A stretch of DNA of 64,000 nucleotides from a virus. Shown in pieces: positions 10,714 to 20,062 of this stretch. Numbering within the stretch: the stretch's first letter is position 1; each line of letters begins with the position of its first letter. The stretch lies in the IMG/VR virus record IMGVR_UViG_3300044769_000080. The stretch is one strand, 5' to 3'. The notes under the pieces were generated by a model, which was not told where the DNA came from, did not search any database, and worked only from the letters and a program-made list of their open reading frames with translations. The position numbers and the translations under genes were made by a program.

Positions 10714-12017
10714 TAGATTCTCACATCAGCTGCTAGGGTTGTGCTGACTTTCACTGGCTGCGTCATGGTTGTTGTGATGAAGACGTTTCCTTCAAGAACA
10801 GTTCCGATTGGGATCGTTGCATCAGTGATGACTGTGATGCTTGTGCCAGTTAGCGCATAGCTGCCACCATCGGCTGCAAGTGCAAAGGTTTGTGCAGTTT
10901 CGGTGTCTGTGCCGGTTAGGGTATATGAACCTGCTGACGCAGTAACATGAAACGCACGGTTTGTGCTTGCATTGGTGCCACTGACTGCGTAGCTGCCTGA
11001 ATCTGCAACAAGCTTATGGCTAACTTCAAGCGATGCGCTCGTGCCTGTGATGGCATAACTTCCGCTGTTTGCAGCCAGCAATCCTTTTGTGAGGGTTGCG
11101 TCTGTGCCAGTTAGGGCATAAGAGCCAGCGGATGCTGTAACTCGATAAGCTGTTCGAAGAGCTGCTGTAACGCCTGTGTAGGTATATGTGCCTGTTGATG
11201 CAGCAATAACGTAGGATTGAGATGCAAACAGGTCACGCGGTGGACGACGCTTGCTGACGAGCTGTCCGAATACTGATGGAGCAAACTGACGAGGCCACGT
11301 GCTGCGAGCCTTGATTCGCCGTGAAATCTGAGGCGTTGTCGCTGTTAGAGAAGCTGCTTCTCCGCCGATAATGTATTCACCTGGGTTTGCAGCAATGATG
11401 TAGTCTTGAACTGCTGTAAGTGCAATCCTGATCGGCTTGCGTAGGGTTGGGTGAAATGCTCTCGGGTAGTTGTGCCGTTTTAACTGGGTAATACTGAGGA
11501 AGTTCGCTGGTGCTGCAACATCGTTGAGGCCAGCATCTGCTCCTGTGATGAGGTAGCTTGAACCAGCGGCTGTGATTTTATAACCAACGAGCAGGTTGGC
11601 TGATGAGCCAGTGGCTGTGTATGTTCCTGGGTCCGCTGTCAACGTATAGTTGACAATTGGCACTGCGAAGCGCATTGGCTTTCGCAGGCTCGGATGGAAT
11701 GCTCGTGGGTAGTTCTTGCGACGAAGGTCTGTGAAGCTGAGTGATGCCGGAATGACCTCGGCTACGAGGTCGGCGTCCGTGCCAGAAATCGCGTAGCTGC
11801 CTGAGTCAGCAGCGATAAACCTTTCACCCTGTGAAAGAGTGGCATCTGTTCCGGTTACTGCATAGCTACCAGCATTGACTGGTGTAAGCTTGCGGTCAGC
11901 CCGCGTTCCGGCGTCTGCGCCTGTTATGTTGTATGTGCCAGCATCCGCCGTCAGGGTTAGATTAAGAGGTTCCCTGAACTTAAGTGGCTTAGCTGTGCGT
12001 AGCTGTGGGAAACCCAT
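10713..12017 (-). CDS. tandem-repeat tail fibre-like protein (434 aa); about 13 copies of a 21-23 aa unit GSYA(I/V/L)TGTDA.L
   Basis: Repeats visible directly in translation (AGSYAVTGTDATL, SGSYAISGTDADL, AGSYALTGTDATL, SGSYAITGTSASL, SGSYAVSGTNAST, AGSYTLTGTDTET, GGSYALTGTSITV...). A larger unit with the anchor NYPRAFHP(S/T)LRKP occurs twice. Confidence 0.55.
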   Translation of the reverse strand: MGFPQLRTAKPLKFREPLNLTLTADAGTYNITGADAGTRADRKLTPVNAGSYAVTGTDATLSQGERFIAADSGSYAISGTDADLVAEVIPASLSFTDLRRKNYPRAFHPSLRKPMRFAVPIVNYTLTADPGTYTATGSSANLLVGYKITAAGSSYLITGADAGLNDVAAPANFLSITQLKRHNYPRAFHPTLRKPIRIALTAVQDYIIAANPGEYIIGGEAASLTATTPQISRRIKARSTWPRQFAPSVFGQLVSKRRPPRDLFASQSYVIAASTGTYTYTGVTAALRTAYRVTASAGSYALTGTDATLTKGLLAANSGSYAITGTSASLEVSHKLVADSGSYAVSGTNASTNRAFHVTASAGSYTLTGTDTETAQTFALAADGGSYALTGTSITVITDATIPIGTVLEGNVFITTTMTQPVKVSTTLAADVRI

Positions 12018-12060
12018 CTATAGAGCCCTTTATGAATTACATAGCGGAGAGAGTCTCCTG

Positions 12061-12678
12061 TTAGCGGCCAAATCCTGGTGCGAATGCGTTTGGTCTGATG
12101 TTGTTTGACAGCCTGAATGATTTCTGTAGCGTAACAGCACCTTCTGTGTAATCAATGGTAAGATGAGCCATTCGAGTAGCATCGCCATCATTGAATCCAT
12201 AGATACGGGCGCTGTTATTGGAAGTAGAGCTGTTGTCGTTGATGCGAAACGCCATGTCGCTGCCAGATGACCATGTGCCATTGACAATTTCCTGCACGAT
12301 CGTCGTCACGGTTGCCACATATTCGTCTGCTGCGTCAACAGTCCAGACGGTTGGATCAAATGCTACAGTTGCTGTCGTGGGTGTGAAACCAACGTTTGGT
12401 GAGAACACTCCGTCAGCAAATGCTGGTGCATCGCCCTTGTGACCGGCAATCGTTCCATGCACGTTTGTAATCGTGCCTGTCAGGTTACGTGGTGTGAGTT
12501 TGATTGTAGCACTGTTGATTGTAGCGCTCGGGGCAATAGTAACGTTGTTCCACCTGAGCCCGATATGTACCGACGTGCTGTCATTGCCGACGTACGCAAT
12601 CGCCGCTGTCCAGACGCCTCCCTGCTCGAAGCCGTTTTCGGCGTTGCTGGCGATGTCTGATGGTCCGAATGTTGACAT
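12061..12678 (-). CDS. hypothetical tail protein (205 aa)
   Basis: ORF track. Confidence 0.45.
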   Translation of the reverse strand: MSTFGPSDIASNAENGFEQGGVWTAAIAYVGNDSTSVHIGLRWNNVTIAPSATINSATIKLTPRNLTGTITNVHGTIAGHKGDAPAFADGVFSPNVGFTPTTATVAFDPTVWTVDAADEYVATVTTIVQEIVNGTWSSGSDMAFRINDNSSTSNNSARIYGFNDGDATRMAHLTIDYTEGAVTLQKSFRLSNNIRPNAFAPGFGR

Positions 12679-12687
12679 TTAATTCCT

Positions 12688-14541
12688 TTAGGGGGTTGCT
12701 ACTGCCCACAACGTTGTTGATGCGTATAGTGGGTAAATACGTGCCTCAAACGTGCCAGCAGGGTCTGTGCATGTGAATGGAGAGTCGATGACCACCTGAT
12801 AAGGAATGCGGTCACTGAAGCAGACAACCATTCGAGTGATGGTTGCATCACTTGGGACAACCGTGCAGGTTGAGCCGTTGCACGTATACGTGCCAGAGAG
12901 CGTCCAGTTTGCTCGATACGGATGCGCGCCAATGGCATTGTCTACGGCATTATCTCCATAGTACACCCCGTCACCGTTCGCCCATGTGAAGGAGCTGGTG
13001 ACTGTGATGTTATTGCCGCTGATGCTGAGGATCCGTCGAACGTCCGTGCCGATCGTGATGATGTCACCCGCCGCGAGGTTGCCGCCGTACTGCGCGATGC
13101 TGGCATCGAAGCCGCGGAAGAATCCGGCCCCGCCAGAGGCCACCGTGAACGTGGTCCCCGTGCCGCTGCCACTGGTCGTCGTCAGCGGTCCAGCCGCGTT
13201 GCTCACGGGAGAACTGACGGTCGGCTGAAACAAGTCGTTGGCGTAGTCAGCAAACAACGGCTGCTGTGTCTTGATATTGGTTGCTGAGGCACCGAATACG
13301 CAGCAGTAGCTCTCCGCTGCACCAATCGACGCATCCCACGCGAGATTGAACGAGGACGTACCAGGGCTGCCGTCGAAATCATGCACAGCCGCATTGGTGA
13401 TGGCCGCGTTCCACACGTCTTGAAACAGACTATTGTTCACGCGCGTGAACGTGCCAAACCTGGTCAGGATCGAAGAGGTGCCTGCCGGGTCAGACACCTG
13501 TGTGTCGATATACGTCTCCTGCGCGATATACACCGTCGTGAAGTTGAAGATCCCATGCGCCCCACCCGCGTTGTTGTGGATGACATTCCGCCGATACAGC
13601 AGATTCCCCGAGTTATCTGGGCTCGTCTCCATGTTCGAGAAGTGCTGGTTATCGCCCGGAGGATTACCCACATAGAAATTTGCTTCAATGGTGGCGCCTT
13701 CCGTGCCGACCGTGCGCGAGCAACACCAGCCAGTCTGTGCAAAGTCCGAGTGCTGCCCGTTGTGCGGGGTATGCGCCGGACCCCAGGCGTAGTTATTGAA
13801 CACCCGAAAGCCAGGACCGTAGAACGTGTAGTAGTCGTTCCCGGCCATGTTGTGCGTGTTGTAGGCCGCGAGATTGTGCGAGCCGTAGATGGCGACCTGT
13901 TGGTTATCAACGCCATACACACCGTTCATCGTGTTCCCGAGGAAGATGAGGTTATCGTCGTTCTCACCAACAATCGGGCCAGTGGTGACGAGTGCCCCCT
14001 CGACAAACCCAGAGAAGGTGCTGTTCCAGACTTCGATCCCGTCGCTGTCCTGCGTGGAGACACAGGCCTGCGCGCCGCCACACACGAAGGTGAACCCGAT
14101 GATTCGGATGTAGTTGCCGGTCGTGGTGAATGTGCCGTTGAGGGTCACTGACGCAGGAGCCGCTGCACCTACGAATGTAATTGTGTTATTGACAGATGAT
14201 CCACTGTTGTTGATGGTAACTGTTTCTGTATACGTCCCGGCCGAGACTAGGCAGATATCACCAGCGGTTGCTGCCGCTGCACACAGATTAATGGTTGCAT
14301 ACTCACTCGGAACGCACCGTGTCGCTGTGTCTGAGCAATTGAGAGCAGTAGGCCCACCGCCTCCGGTTGGGGCTGGTGCATTGATATTGACATTTGTCGG
14401 AGCAGACGGAGCTTGCTCCACTGCTTCAGCAACACCTGAATACTCCGCTTTGTTAGGCGGATACTCGACAATCTGCTGTGGTGTAGCAGCTAGTGACGCT
14501 AGAATAGCAAGGCCGGTGAGGAGGTTCTTGAAGAATTTCAT
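12688..14541 (-). CDS. secreted right-handed beta-helix (pectate-lyase-fold) protein, putative polysaccharide depolymerase (617 aa) with N-terminal Sec signal peptide
   Basis: N-terminus MKFFKNLLTGLAILASLAATPQQ is a signal peptide. NxxG/T-rich beta-helix-like repeats. Gene is about 62% GC against about 52% flanks, giving many spurious antisense ORFs in the track. Confidence 0.6.
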   Translation of the reverse strand: MKFFKNLLTGLAILASLAATPQQIVEYPPNKAEYSGVAEAVEQAPSAPTNVNINAPAPTGGGGPTALNCSDTATRCVPSEYATINLCAAAATAGDICLVSAGTYTETVTINNSGSSVNNTITFVGAAAPASVTLNGTFTTTGNYIRIIGFTFVCGGAQACVSTQDSDGIEVWNSTFSGFVEGALVTTGPIVGENDDNLIFLGNTMNGVYGVDNQQVAIYGSHNLAAYNTHNMAGNDYYTFYGPGFRVFNNYAWGPAHTPHNGQHSDFAQTGWCCSRTVGTEGATIEANFYVGNPPGDNQHFSNMETSPDNSGNLLYRRNVIHNNAGGAHGIFNFTTVYIAQETYIDTQVSDPAGTSSILTRFGTFTRVNNSLFQDVWNAAITNAAVHDFDGSPGTSSFNLAWDASIGAAESYCCVFGASATNIKTQQPLFADYANDLFQPTVSSPVSNAAGPLTTTSGSGTGTTFTVASGGAGFFRGFDASIAQYGGNLAAGDIITIGTDVRRILSISGNNITVTSSFTWANGDGVYYGDNAVDNAIGAHPYRANWTLSGTYTCNGSTCTVVPSDATITRMVVCFSDRIPYQVVIDSPFTCTDPAGTFEARIYPLYASTTLWAVATP

Positions 14542-14542
14542 A

Positions 14543-14887
14543 TTACGTCAGTGGGAGGGAGAAATCGTCGCCAGTTGATTCGCTGGTGCCACCTGAACCG
14601 ATAGCGGCTACCTTGACGGTGTAGTTGCCAGCCGAGAGAGGCGTAAGGATATCAGTAATGTCGGCTCGGATGTTACCGTTGCTCTCAGGCACCGGCTTTC
14701 CGATGTTTTTGTTCACAAGAATCGTGCTACCACCTTGGGAATAAACTCTAACATCATAGGACTGCACTGAGGCGTGTTCAGTGGACTTAGTGAACGTAAC
14801 CACGCCACTCTTGTCGCTAATACCTTGCAGCCCAGTAACTTTGGTTCCTCGGTTGCGATGAACGTGGAAGTCGTCAGAAAACGGCAT
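14543..14887 (-). CDS. hypothetical virion protein (114 aa)
   Basis: ORF track. ATGA overlap downstream. Confidence 0.45.
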   Translation of the reverse strand: MPFSDDFHVHRNRGTKVTGLQGISDKSGVVTFTKSTEHASVQSYDVRVYSQGGSTILVNKNIGKPVPESNGNIRADITDILTPLSAGNYTVKVAAIGSGGTSESTGDDFSLPLT

Positions 14888-15591
14888 TATTTGAATCCAG
14901 CCCTTTCACCGACAGAGATTCCGCTGCCCGCCCGAACGGATTTGAATACATTGATGTTGCGAGGTGGGGTTTCTTTGTAATATGCTGCCACTGCGCCCCA
15001 GTCATCTGATGTGCCAAACGTCCAGCTCAAGGTGTGTGAGCCAAGGCCTGGGTTGAGAATATACTGCTCTCCACCACCTGTTGCTCCGTCGTCGGTGTTC
15101 GCGATGATTGTGCCGACCTGAGCTGATGGGCTCCATGTCTGCCAGCCACCTGCTGCGATGCCGAAGGCAATGTCATTAGCCGTTGTAACAGTAACCGCTC
15201 CTGGAGTTGGGTTGGTTGATGTTGCGTTACCGCCTGAAGCTGCGTCAAAAGCAGAATACCCACCACCAGCGGCACGTCCAATAGCCACAGTGTGGAGGAT
15301 CGTCAATGCGCCAGTGTTGGGTATTGTGAGGGTAGCTGTGCCTGGAAATGGGTTCAAAACATCCCACAACTCTGCACTAGCTTCAGGAGAAGAAGCGGCT
15401 TTCTGTGTGCTGCTTCTCTGTGTAAATGTATAACTTCCCCACGTAGGTGAACCTCCGGCTCGGCTAGTTCCACTAGCTACGTTCAGCAGCAAACAGATGA
15501 CGGTATCACCTGCTGCTACTGTGTAGGAAAAAGTTATAGGGTTCCCAGCCGACGACGCACGAGCCCGACCAAGCGAATAGGTATGAGCCAT
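14887..15591 (-). CDS. hypothetical virion protein (234 aa), T/G/A/S-rich
   Basis: ORF track. Confidence 0.45.
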   Translation of the reverse strand: MAHTYSLGRARASSAGNPITFSYTVAAGDTVICLLLNVASGTSRAGGSPTWGSYTFTQRSSTQKAASSPEASAELWDVLNPFPGTATLTIPNTGALTILHTVAIGRAAGGGYSAFDAASGGNATSTNPTPGAVTVTTANDIAFGIAAGGWQTWSPSAQVGTIIANTDDGATGGGEQYILNPGLGSHTLSWTFGTSDDWGAVAAYYKETPPRNINVFKSVRAGSGISVGERAGFK

Positions 15592-15607
15592 GAAGGCCCC
15601 CTTTCTC

Positions 15608-16186
15608 TTAGTTCAGGCCTTCGACGACGTAGATGTTACCCTGAAGACTGTTTGCAGCGTTAGCAGTGCCCCATGTAGTTGTCAGCGAGAGTGCTGTATC
15701 AGCTGTGAGGTCTGCGGTGACTGCGACCGGCGTTGTGCCGCCTGTTGAACCTGATGCAAGCACGACCGGCATGCCGTAGTTTGTCACGGTGCCTGCGGTG
15801 CCAACTGTAGATGTGAACAGGTTAATAGCGCCGTCGGTGAAGAGGGTTCCTGACGAACCATTTGAACGGGTCTGGATGAGGATTTCAAGCTCCCAGATAG
15901 CTGTCATTGATGCGCCGCCACCTGTGCCTGATGTGGTAACCGCTGCACCTGTTTTACCGAGGACAGTGCCTGCCACGCCACCCCAGCGAACGCTGAACGT
16001 TAGGGTAGGAGTTGCGGTGGTGCCATATGCACCGAATGCCCGAAGGCGTAGCACACGACCATCCTGCATGTAATTCGCAGGAATCGTAATGTTAGGGAAC
16101 ACGATTGTTTCGGTTGTGGTGTTCGCAACCGCCGTGCCGTTAGCTGTTGCCCATGCAAGGGCTTCTGACCAAAACTGTCTTGACAT
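15608..16186 (-). CDS. hypothetical virion protein (192 aa), T/G/A-rich beta-rich
   Basis: ORF track. Confidence 0.45.
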   Translation of the reverse strand: MSRQFWSEALAWATANGTAVANTTTETIVFPNITIPANYMQDGRVLRLRAFGAYGTTATPTLTFSVRWGGVAGTVLGKTGAAVTTSGTGGGASMTAIWELEILIQTRSNGSSGTLFTDGAINLFTSTVGTAGTVTNYGMPVVLASGSTGGTTPVAVTADLTADTALSLTTTWGTANAANSLQGNIYVVEGLN

Positions 16187-16197
16187 TTATGATTTCC

Positions 16198-16362
16198 TTA
16201 TCGTTTACCTAGAGGATTTAGGATAGCACCGAGTCTTCCCGGCTCTGCTTTCATGTTGAAGTGTCTGCAACCACAGACGGTGCAGGTTGATGTTTTCAGG
16301 TCTGGACGGATTGAATCCGTGTGGACGCTGAGGTTATCTGGGTTAGAGCAGCATTCTTTCAT
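16198..16362 (-). CDS. small 4-Cys zinc-ribbon protein (54 aa), not in ORF track
   Basis: Manual translation MKECCSNPDNLSVHTDSIRPDLKTSTCTVCGCRHFNMKAEPGRLGAILNPLGKR. ATG 4 nt after the stop of the upstream gene. CxxC...CxxC pattern. Confidence 0.35.
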   Translation of the reverse strand: MKECCSNPDNLSVHTDSIRPDLKTSTCTVCGCRHFNMKAEPGRLGAILNPLGKR

Positions 16363-16365
16363 AGA

Positions 16366-16788
16366 TTAGGCTAGGGTGAAGACAGATGCGCCGAAATCGA
16401 CGGTAAAGGATTCGCCGTCCTGTAGTGTGATTGATGAACCGTAATCCCACCACGCAACGAGTGCGTCTGCGGGAGAGGTTGCTGTGTCGTTGTAGAGAAC
16501 CACGTAGCGGAACGCACCAATAGTGCCGCCTGATGCTGTCCATGCAACGTCTGTTGCGGCGACAGTGGCTGTGCCGGTGGTTTCTGATAGTGTGTTCTGG
16601 ACGTCAGTTCCGCCAGCTGTGTAACCATTGCCTGCTGAGATGTCAGCGATGTCGGTCTTGATGGTGTCTGTGGCTAGAGGAGCCTCGTTAGAGAGGTAGA
16701 CCTTGAAGACATGCCCTGATGCAGTGAAATCGTGCTTTGCAGTCAGAACCTGCTCTACGAAGTCTTGAAATTTGTTATACGTTGCCAT
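16366..16788 (-). CDS. hypothetical virion protein (140 aa)
   Basis: ORF track. TAATG coupling with the upstream small ORF. Confidence 0.45.
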   Translation of the reverse strand: MATYNKFQDFVEQVLTAKHDFTASGHVFKVYLSNEAPLATDTIKTDIADISAGNGYTAGGTDVQNTLSETTGTATVAATDVAWTASGGTIGAFRYVVLYNDTATSPADALVAWWDYGSSITLQDGESFTVDFGASVFTLA

Positions 16789-16916
16789 TAGTTAGTAGAA
16801 TCCTTCTTTGTCAGTTCCTCGATGAGTTTCTTGACCAAGGCTTCGACAAGTTTCTCGACTGCATCTGGGTTTGATTCCAGATATTTCAGCACGGCTTTGA
16901 TGATGACACTGCTCAT
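16788..16916 (-). CDS. small helical protein (42 aa), not in ORF track
   Basis: ATG at 16916, stop overlapping the ATG of the next gene (TAATG). Translation MSSVIIKAVLKYLESNPDAVEKLVEALVKKLIEELTKKDSTN. Confidence 0.25.
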   Translation of the reverse strand: MSSVIIKAVLKYLESNPDAVEKLVEALVKKLIEELTKKDSTN

Positions 16917-16933
16917 AATTGTTTGCTCAGGGA

Positions 16934-16969
16934 TAAAAAAAGCGGGCCACCCGAATTGGATAGCCCGCT
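16934..16969 (-). terminator. rho-independent terminator on minus strand
   Basis: Minus strand reads AGCGGGC-15 nt loop-GCCCGCT followed by TTTTTTT, 33 nt downstream of the stop of gene 17002-17520. Confidence 0.55.
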
Positions 16970-17001
16970 AACGTGGGGATTACGTCAAGTTGTTTGGAAA
17001 C

Positions 17002-17520
17002 TTACTCGTCGTCTTCGATCTCAAGCGGCTTTGGCGCTGAGGCTTCTGCGACACACCGCTGTAAAAGCTCTAGGAATGTGCGGATTCCGAATTCGTTACT
17101 GAGGCGGAGTCGCTGAGAGTTGGTGCGGATAGGGTAGTCGATGTCGATTCCCTTATCGCGGCGTCTGACGACTTTGACGTAGCCGTTGCAGTAACTGCCC
17201 GGCTTGAGTTTGTTGAACAGCTCAACTTCCGCAGGGAGGAGTCGGTTGTTTGGTTCTGTTGGGTCACCAAGCAGAAGACCGTGATGGTAGACTCGGCGCT
17301 TCAGGCGAGGCTTAGCGCTTCCGTCCTTTGGCATCCAAGGGGTCTTGGATGGCTTGTTGAACTGGGTGCGCTTCGTGATAGGCTGTGCTGCGTGGATAGC
17401 CTGAAGCAGTGCAGCCGCGAGTTCTTTTGATGAGTCGCTCGGCTTTGGAGCGGTTACGTCTTCTGTTTTCCCAACCTGAGCTTCTGGCTCAGTTGGTGCA
17501 ACTTTGCGTGGTCGTGCCAT
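17002..17520 (-). CDS. hypothetical protein (172 aa), basic N-terminus
   Basis: ORF track. Followed by the intrinsic terminator. Confidence 0.45.
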   Translation of the reverse strand: MARPRKVAPTEPEAQVGKTEDVTAPKPSDSSKELAAALLQAIHAAQPITKRTQFNKPSKTPWMPKDGSAKPRLKRRVYHHGLLLGDPTEPNNRLLPAEVELFNKLKPGSYCNGYVKVVRRRDKGIDIDYPIRTNSQRLRLSNEFGIRTFLELLQRCVAEASAPKPLEIEDDE

Positions 17521-17619
17521 TTGATTGTCCTTGTTTCAGCTTCCAGTCTATGGTAAACCGACGCAAATAACAGGGAAGCTCCTGAGCGTCAGTCACAGTG
17601 GTTATGTTACTGTGATAAA

Positions 17620-17880
17620 TTATGTTGTAACGATAATTGCAACAGTCCGTCCTTCATTTGACGAAACTGCATAAAGAGAGTCACCGTTGCCCAGCTCAAT
17701 GTATAGTGTTTCTCCCTGAACTGCCTGAAGCCCGTTGCTGGTGGAAACTGATGAAGCTCCGTAGAACACATCATTTGTTGGTGTGATGTTCTTTACAATC
17801 ACCTTTGTTGTCTTTCCAGAGCCGGTATGAAGCAGTATTGGAGATGTGCCAACTGATATCTGAGCATTTGATATTGACAA
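17620..17880 (-). CDS. hypothetical small virion protein (86 aa)
   Basis: ORF track. Confidence 0.4.
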   Translation of the reverse strand: MSISNAQISVGTSPILLHTGSGKTTKVIVKNITPTNDVFYGASSVSTSNGLQAVQGETLYIELGNGDSLYAVSSNEGRTVAIIVTT

Positions 17881-17883
17881 GCT

Positions 17884-18342
17884 TTATCCCTTCGCTATGG
17901 CATAAATAGCCAATGTTGTGCTTCCTGCATAGGTGCCAACACTTGTATACTTAACACGAATCCTATCGCCGAGGATTCCTGGGACTGCTGTACTTGCTGT
18001 CAGTGCTCCATCCGAAGGTGTGACAGGCGCATAAGGTGATGCACTGGTCTGATAAACAGATACTGAGTTTACCTTTTTCAACGTCGCCGTTGTAAAAGCA
18101 AATTCCATGATGTCTATCCATGTTAGTCCACCGTCAATAGACGTTTGGATATAAACATCTACAGTAGTTCCGCCAGAACCGTATGTAAACTGCGGATTTA
18201 CAACGAGATACTTCATCCCGGCAAGCTTTGGACTAACCACAGTAGGAGATGCAGTGACGCCAGCAGCTGCGGTTGTAATAACCGTAGGAGCCAAGAGGAT
18301 CATTCTCTGGGCGTTATTATGAACGTTATCTGATGCTCCCAT
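17884..18342 (-). CDS. hypothetical virion protein (152 aa)
   Basis: ORF track. Confidence 0.45.
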   Translation of the reverse strand: MGASDNVHNNAQRMILLAPTVITTAAAGVTASPTVVSPKLAGMKYLVVNPQFTYGSGGTTVDVYIQTSIDGGLTWIDIMEFAFTTATLKKVNSVSVYQTSASPYAPVTPSDGALTASTAVPGILGDRIRVKYTSVGTYAGSTTLAIYAIAKG

Positions 18343-18350
18343 TATAACCT

Positions 18351-18947
18351 TTAGAAAGATGCTGCGTAAAATTCGTTATGGGGTGCGTAGCCATAGAGAG
18401 GGCCAACATACGTGGCTGGATCTCCGGCTTCGGTGATTTCTACATCCGGTGGGATATAGACTTCAATTCCCCTTGCTCTGGCCTGCTCGACCCAGTAAAA
18501 GAAACACGGTCGTTCGTGGTCGTATTGATGTTCTCGTCGGAGCTGGAAGCCCCAGAGTTCGATGCGCTCGAACTTCTCAACGATGGCGAACGCAATTTGC
18601 CACGCGACTGAGCAGGTAAAAAATTTGAACGGTGTGCCGTCTGTGCTGAACGTTGCCTGAATCTGTTCCCGTGGGAAGGCGATGCTTGACGGGATGTCAG
18701 GGTTGGCTTCGTGCAGATAGATTGGTTTGCTCTGATGCGAATACCAGTTCCAAGCTGACGGGTAGCGTGTCTTGATGTGGTTCAACGTATGCATGTTGAA
18801 CCAGCGGGTGTAGGTGTCTAAGGCTTGCTTGAAGCCCTTAAGACGGTAAGAGCGGGGGACATTGCTGCACCACCGCTCTACACCTTCGATTGTTGGTGTC
18901 TCCACAACATTGGGAGCGACTCCCAATATTTGGACGACTTTAGTCAT
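18351..18947 (-). CDS. hypothetical virion protein (198 aa)
   Basis: ORF track. Confidence 0.45.
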   Translation of the reverse strand: MTKVVQILGVAPNVVETPTIEGVERWCSNVPRSYRLKGFKQALDTYTRWFNMHTLNHIKTRYPSAWNWYSHQSKPIYLHEANPDIPSSIAFPREQIQATFSTDGTPFKFFTCSVAWQIAFAIVEKFERIELWGFQLRREHQYDHERPCFFYWVEQARARGIEVYIPPDVEITEAGDPATYVGPLYGYAPHNEFYAASF

Positions 18948-19435
18948 TAGACGGCTGCTGAGAATGGATTCGTTGGGTCTGTCTCACCCTGTAGAACGCC
19001 ACGGACTGCGTAGAACCCGGCTGCATAGTCTTCTAGCTCAATGAAGTCACCAGCCTTACCAGCACCGATTGACGCTGTTAGCGTAATCGTGTCTGAGGTT
19101 GATGCTGTTGGGAAGAAGTCTGCCGTTGCAGCTGTTGAGTCGCCGATGTCGTTGATGACCACTCCACCACGCATCACGTCTGTTGCGTTGGCAACCTGAA
19201 TGACGATTGTGTTGGATGTCAGTGTCGTGCCGACCAGAATGCGGTATGTGCGTCCTGAGCCGCTTGATGCTGGCAGTGTCAGGGTTAGGCCTGCTGCTGC
19301 GGTGACGAGCATCGTGCGCCCTGCGTGATCCTGACGGTTTAGTGTAGCCGTTGCTGTGAACGCCTGCACACCGTTCTGCTGAAACCCGTGGGCTAGAATC
19401 GGGCCGTTAAAGCGCCGAACATTACGTTTTGCCAT
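18947..19435 (-). CDS. hypothetical virion protein (162 aa)
   Basis: ORF track. TAATG overlap with the upstream gene. Confidence 0.45.
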   Translation of the reverse strand: MAKRNVRRFNGPILAHGFQQNGVQAFTATATLNRQDHAGRTMLVTAAAGLTLTLPASSGSGRTYRILVGTTLTSNTIVIQVANATDVMRGGVVINDIGDSTAATADFFPTASTSDTITLTASIGAGKAGDFIELEDYAAGFYAVRGVLQGETDPTNPFSAAV

Positions 19436-19507
19436 TTAAGATACTCACTTTCAAACGCGCGAGGCGTAAGTGAAAAAACTAAAGGGGAGTTGCCTCCCCC
19501 TCAGTTA

Positions 19508-19960
19508 TTAGTCGACTGCTAGGTCAAGAGCGAACGGATACGCAATCTGGAATGTTGACATACCAGTTGTTGTATCACGGTCGGTAAGACCGATTGCATT
19601 GTGAACCGCGTCACTTGCAACGTCAGCGTCGTCAACCGACCCTGCTGTTGATGTGAGGTAGGTTCCAGCTCCGTTGGTTCCGTCGAAGGACGCAAGACAT
19701 AGGCCAGTCTCATTGCCCCATACTGTGAACCAGCCGAACTTTGTTGCTGCGTCAACGGCTGCGTTTGCAATAGCAAGCATACCCTGTGCGTCAGCAACGG
19801 CTAGGACTGCTGTCCATGAAGCTGCGATTGAAACCCATGAACCGTCAGCGCAGGATGTCACACCTTTCAGGTAGACATACTCGTTGGCGTTTTTGCCCTT
19901 TAGGCGAGTTCCAAGACGATACTTCTGGACCGCGTGAACATCATCATACCACTGTGGCAT
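19508..19960 (-). CDS. hypothetical head-associated protein (150 aa), immediately downstream of capsid gene
   Basis: ORF track. Position after the major capsid protein. Confidence 0.45.
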   Translation of the reverse strand: MPQWYDDVHAVQKYRLGTRLKGKNANEYVYLKGVTSCADGSWVSIAASWTAVLAVADAQGMLAIANAAVDAATKFGWFTVWGNETGLCLASFDGTNGAGTYLTSTAGSVDDADVASDAVHNAIGLTDRDTTTGMSTFQIAYPFALDLAVD

Positions 19961-19982
19961 TTTCTTTCTTTCTCTCCCAACT

Positions 19983-20000
19983 TATCTGCATAAGCAGATA
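19983..20000 (-). promoter_or_regulatory. perfect stem-loop TATCTGC-ATAA-GCAGATA between capsid gene and next gene (RNA stabiliser or attenuator candidate)
   Basis: 7 bp perfect inverted repeat with 4 nt loop seen in sequence. No T-run, so not a classic terminator. Confidence 0.3.
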
Positions 20001-20062
20001 CCCACATCCTGTGTGGGGAGGGAGTGTCAAAAAGGGCCAGCGTTATGCCAGCCCCTTAGTTA

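Noticed and set aside
12922-14578. Cluster of 70-256 aa ORFs on both strands (for example 13381-14151 +, 13464-13922 -, 14114-14578 +)
   Set aside because: They fall inside the GC-rich beta-helix gene 12688-14541. High GC suppresses stop codons in all frames. The compositions are R/P/V-rich nonsense.
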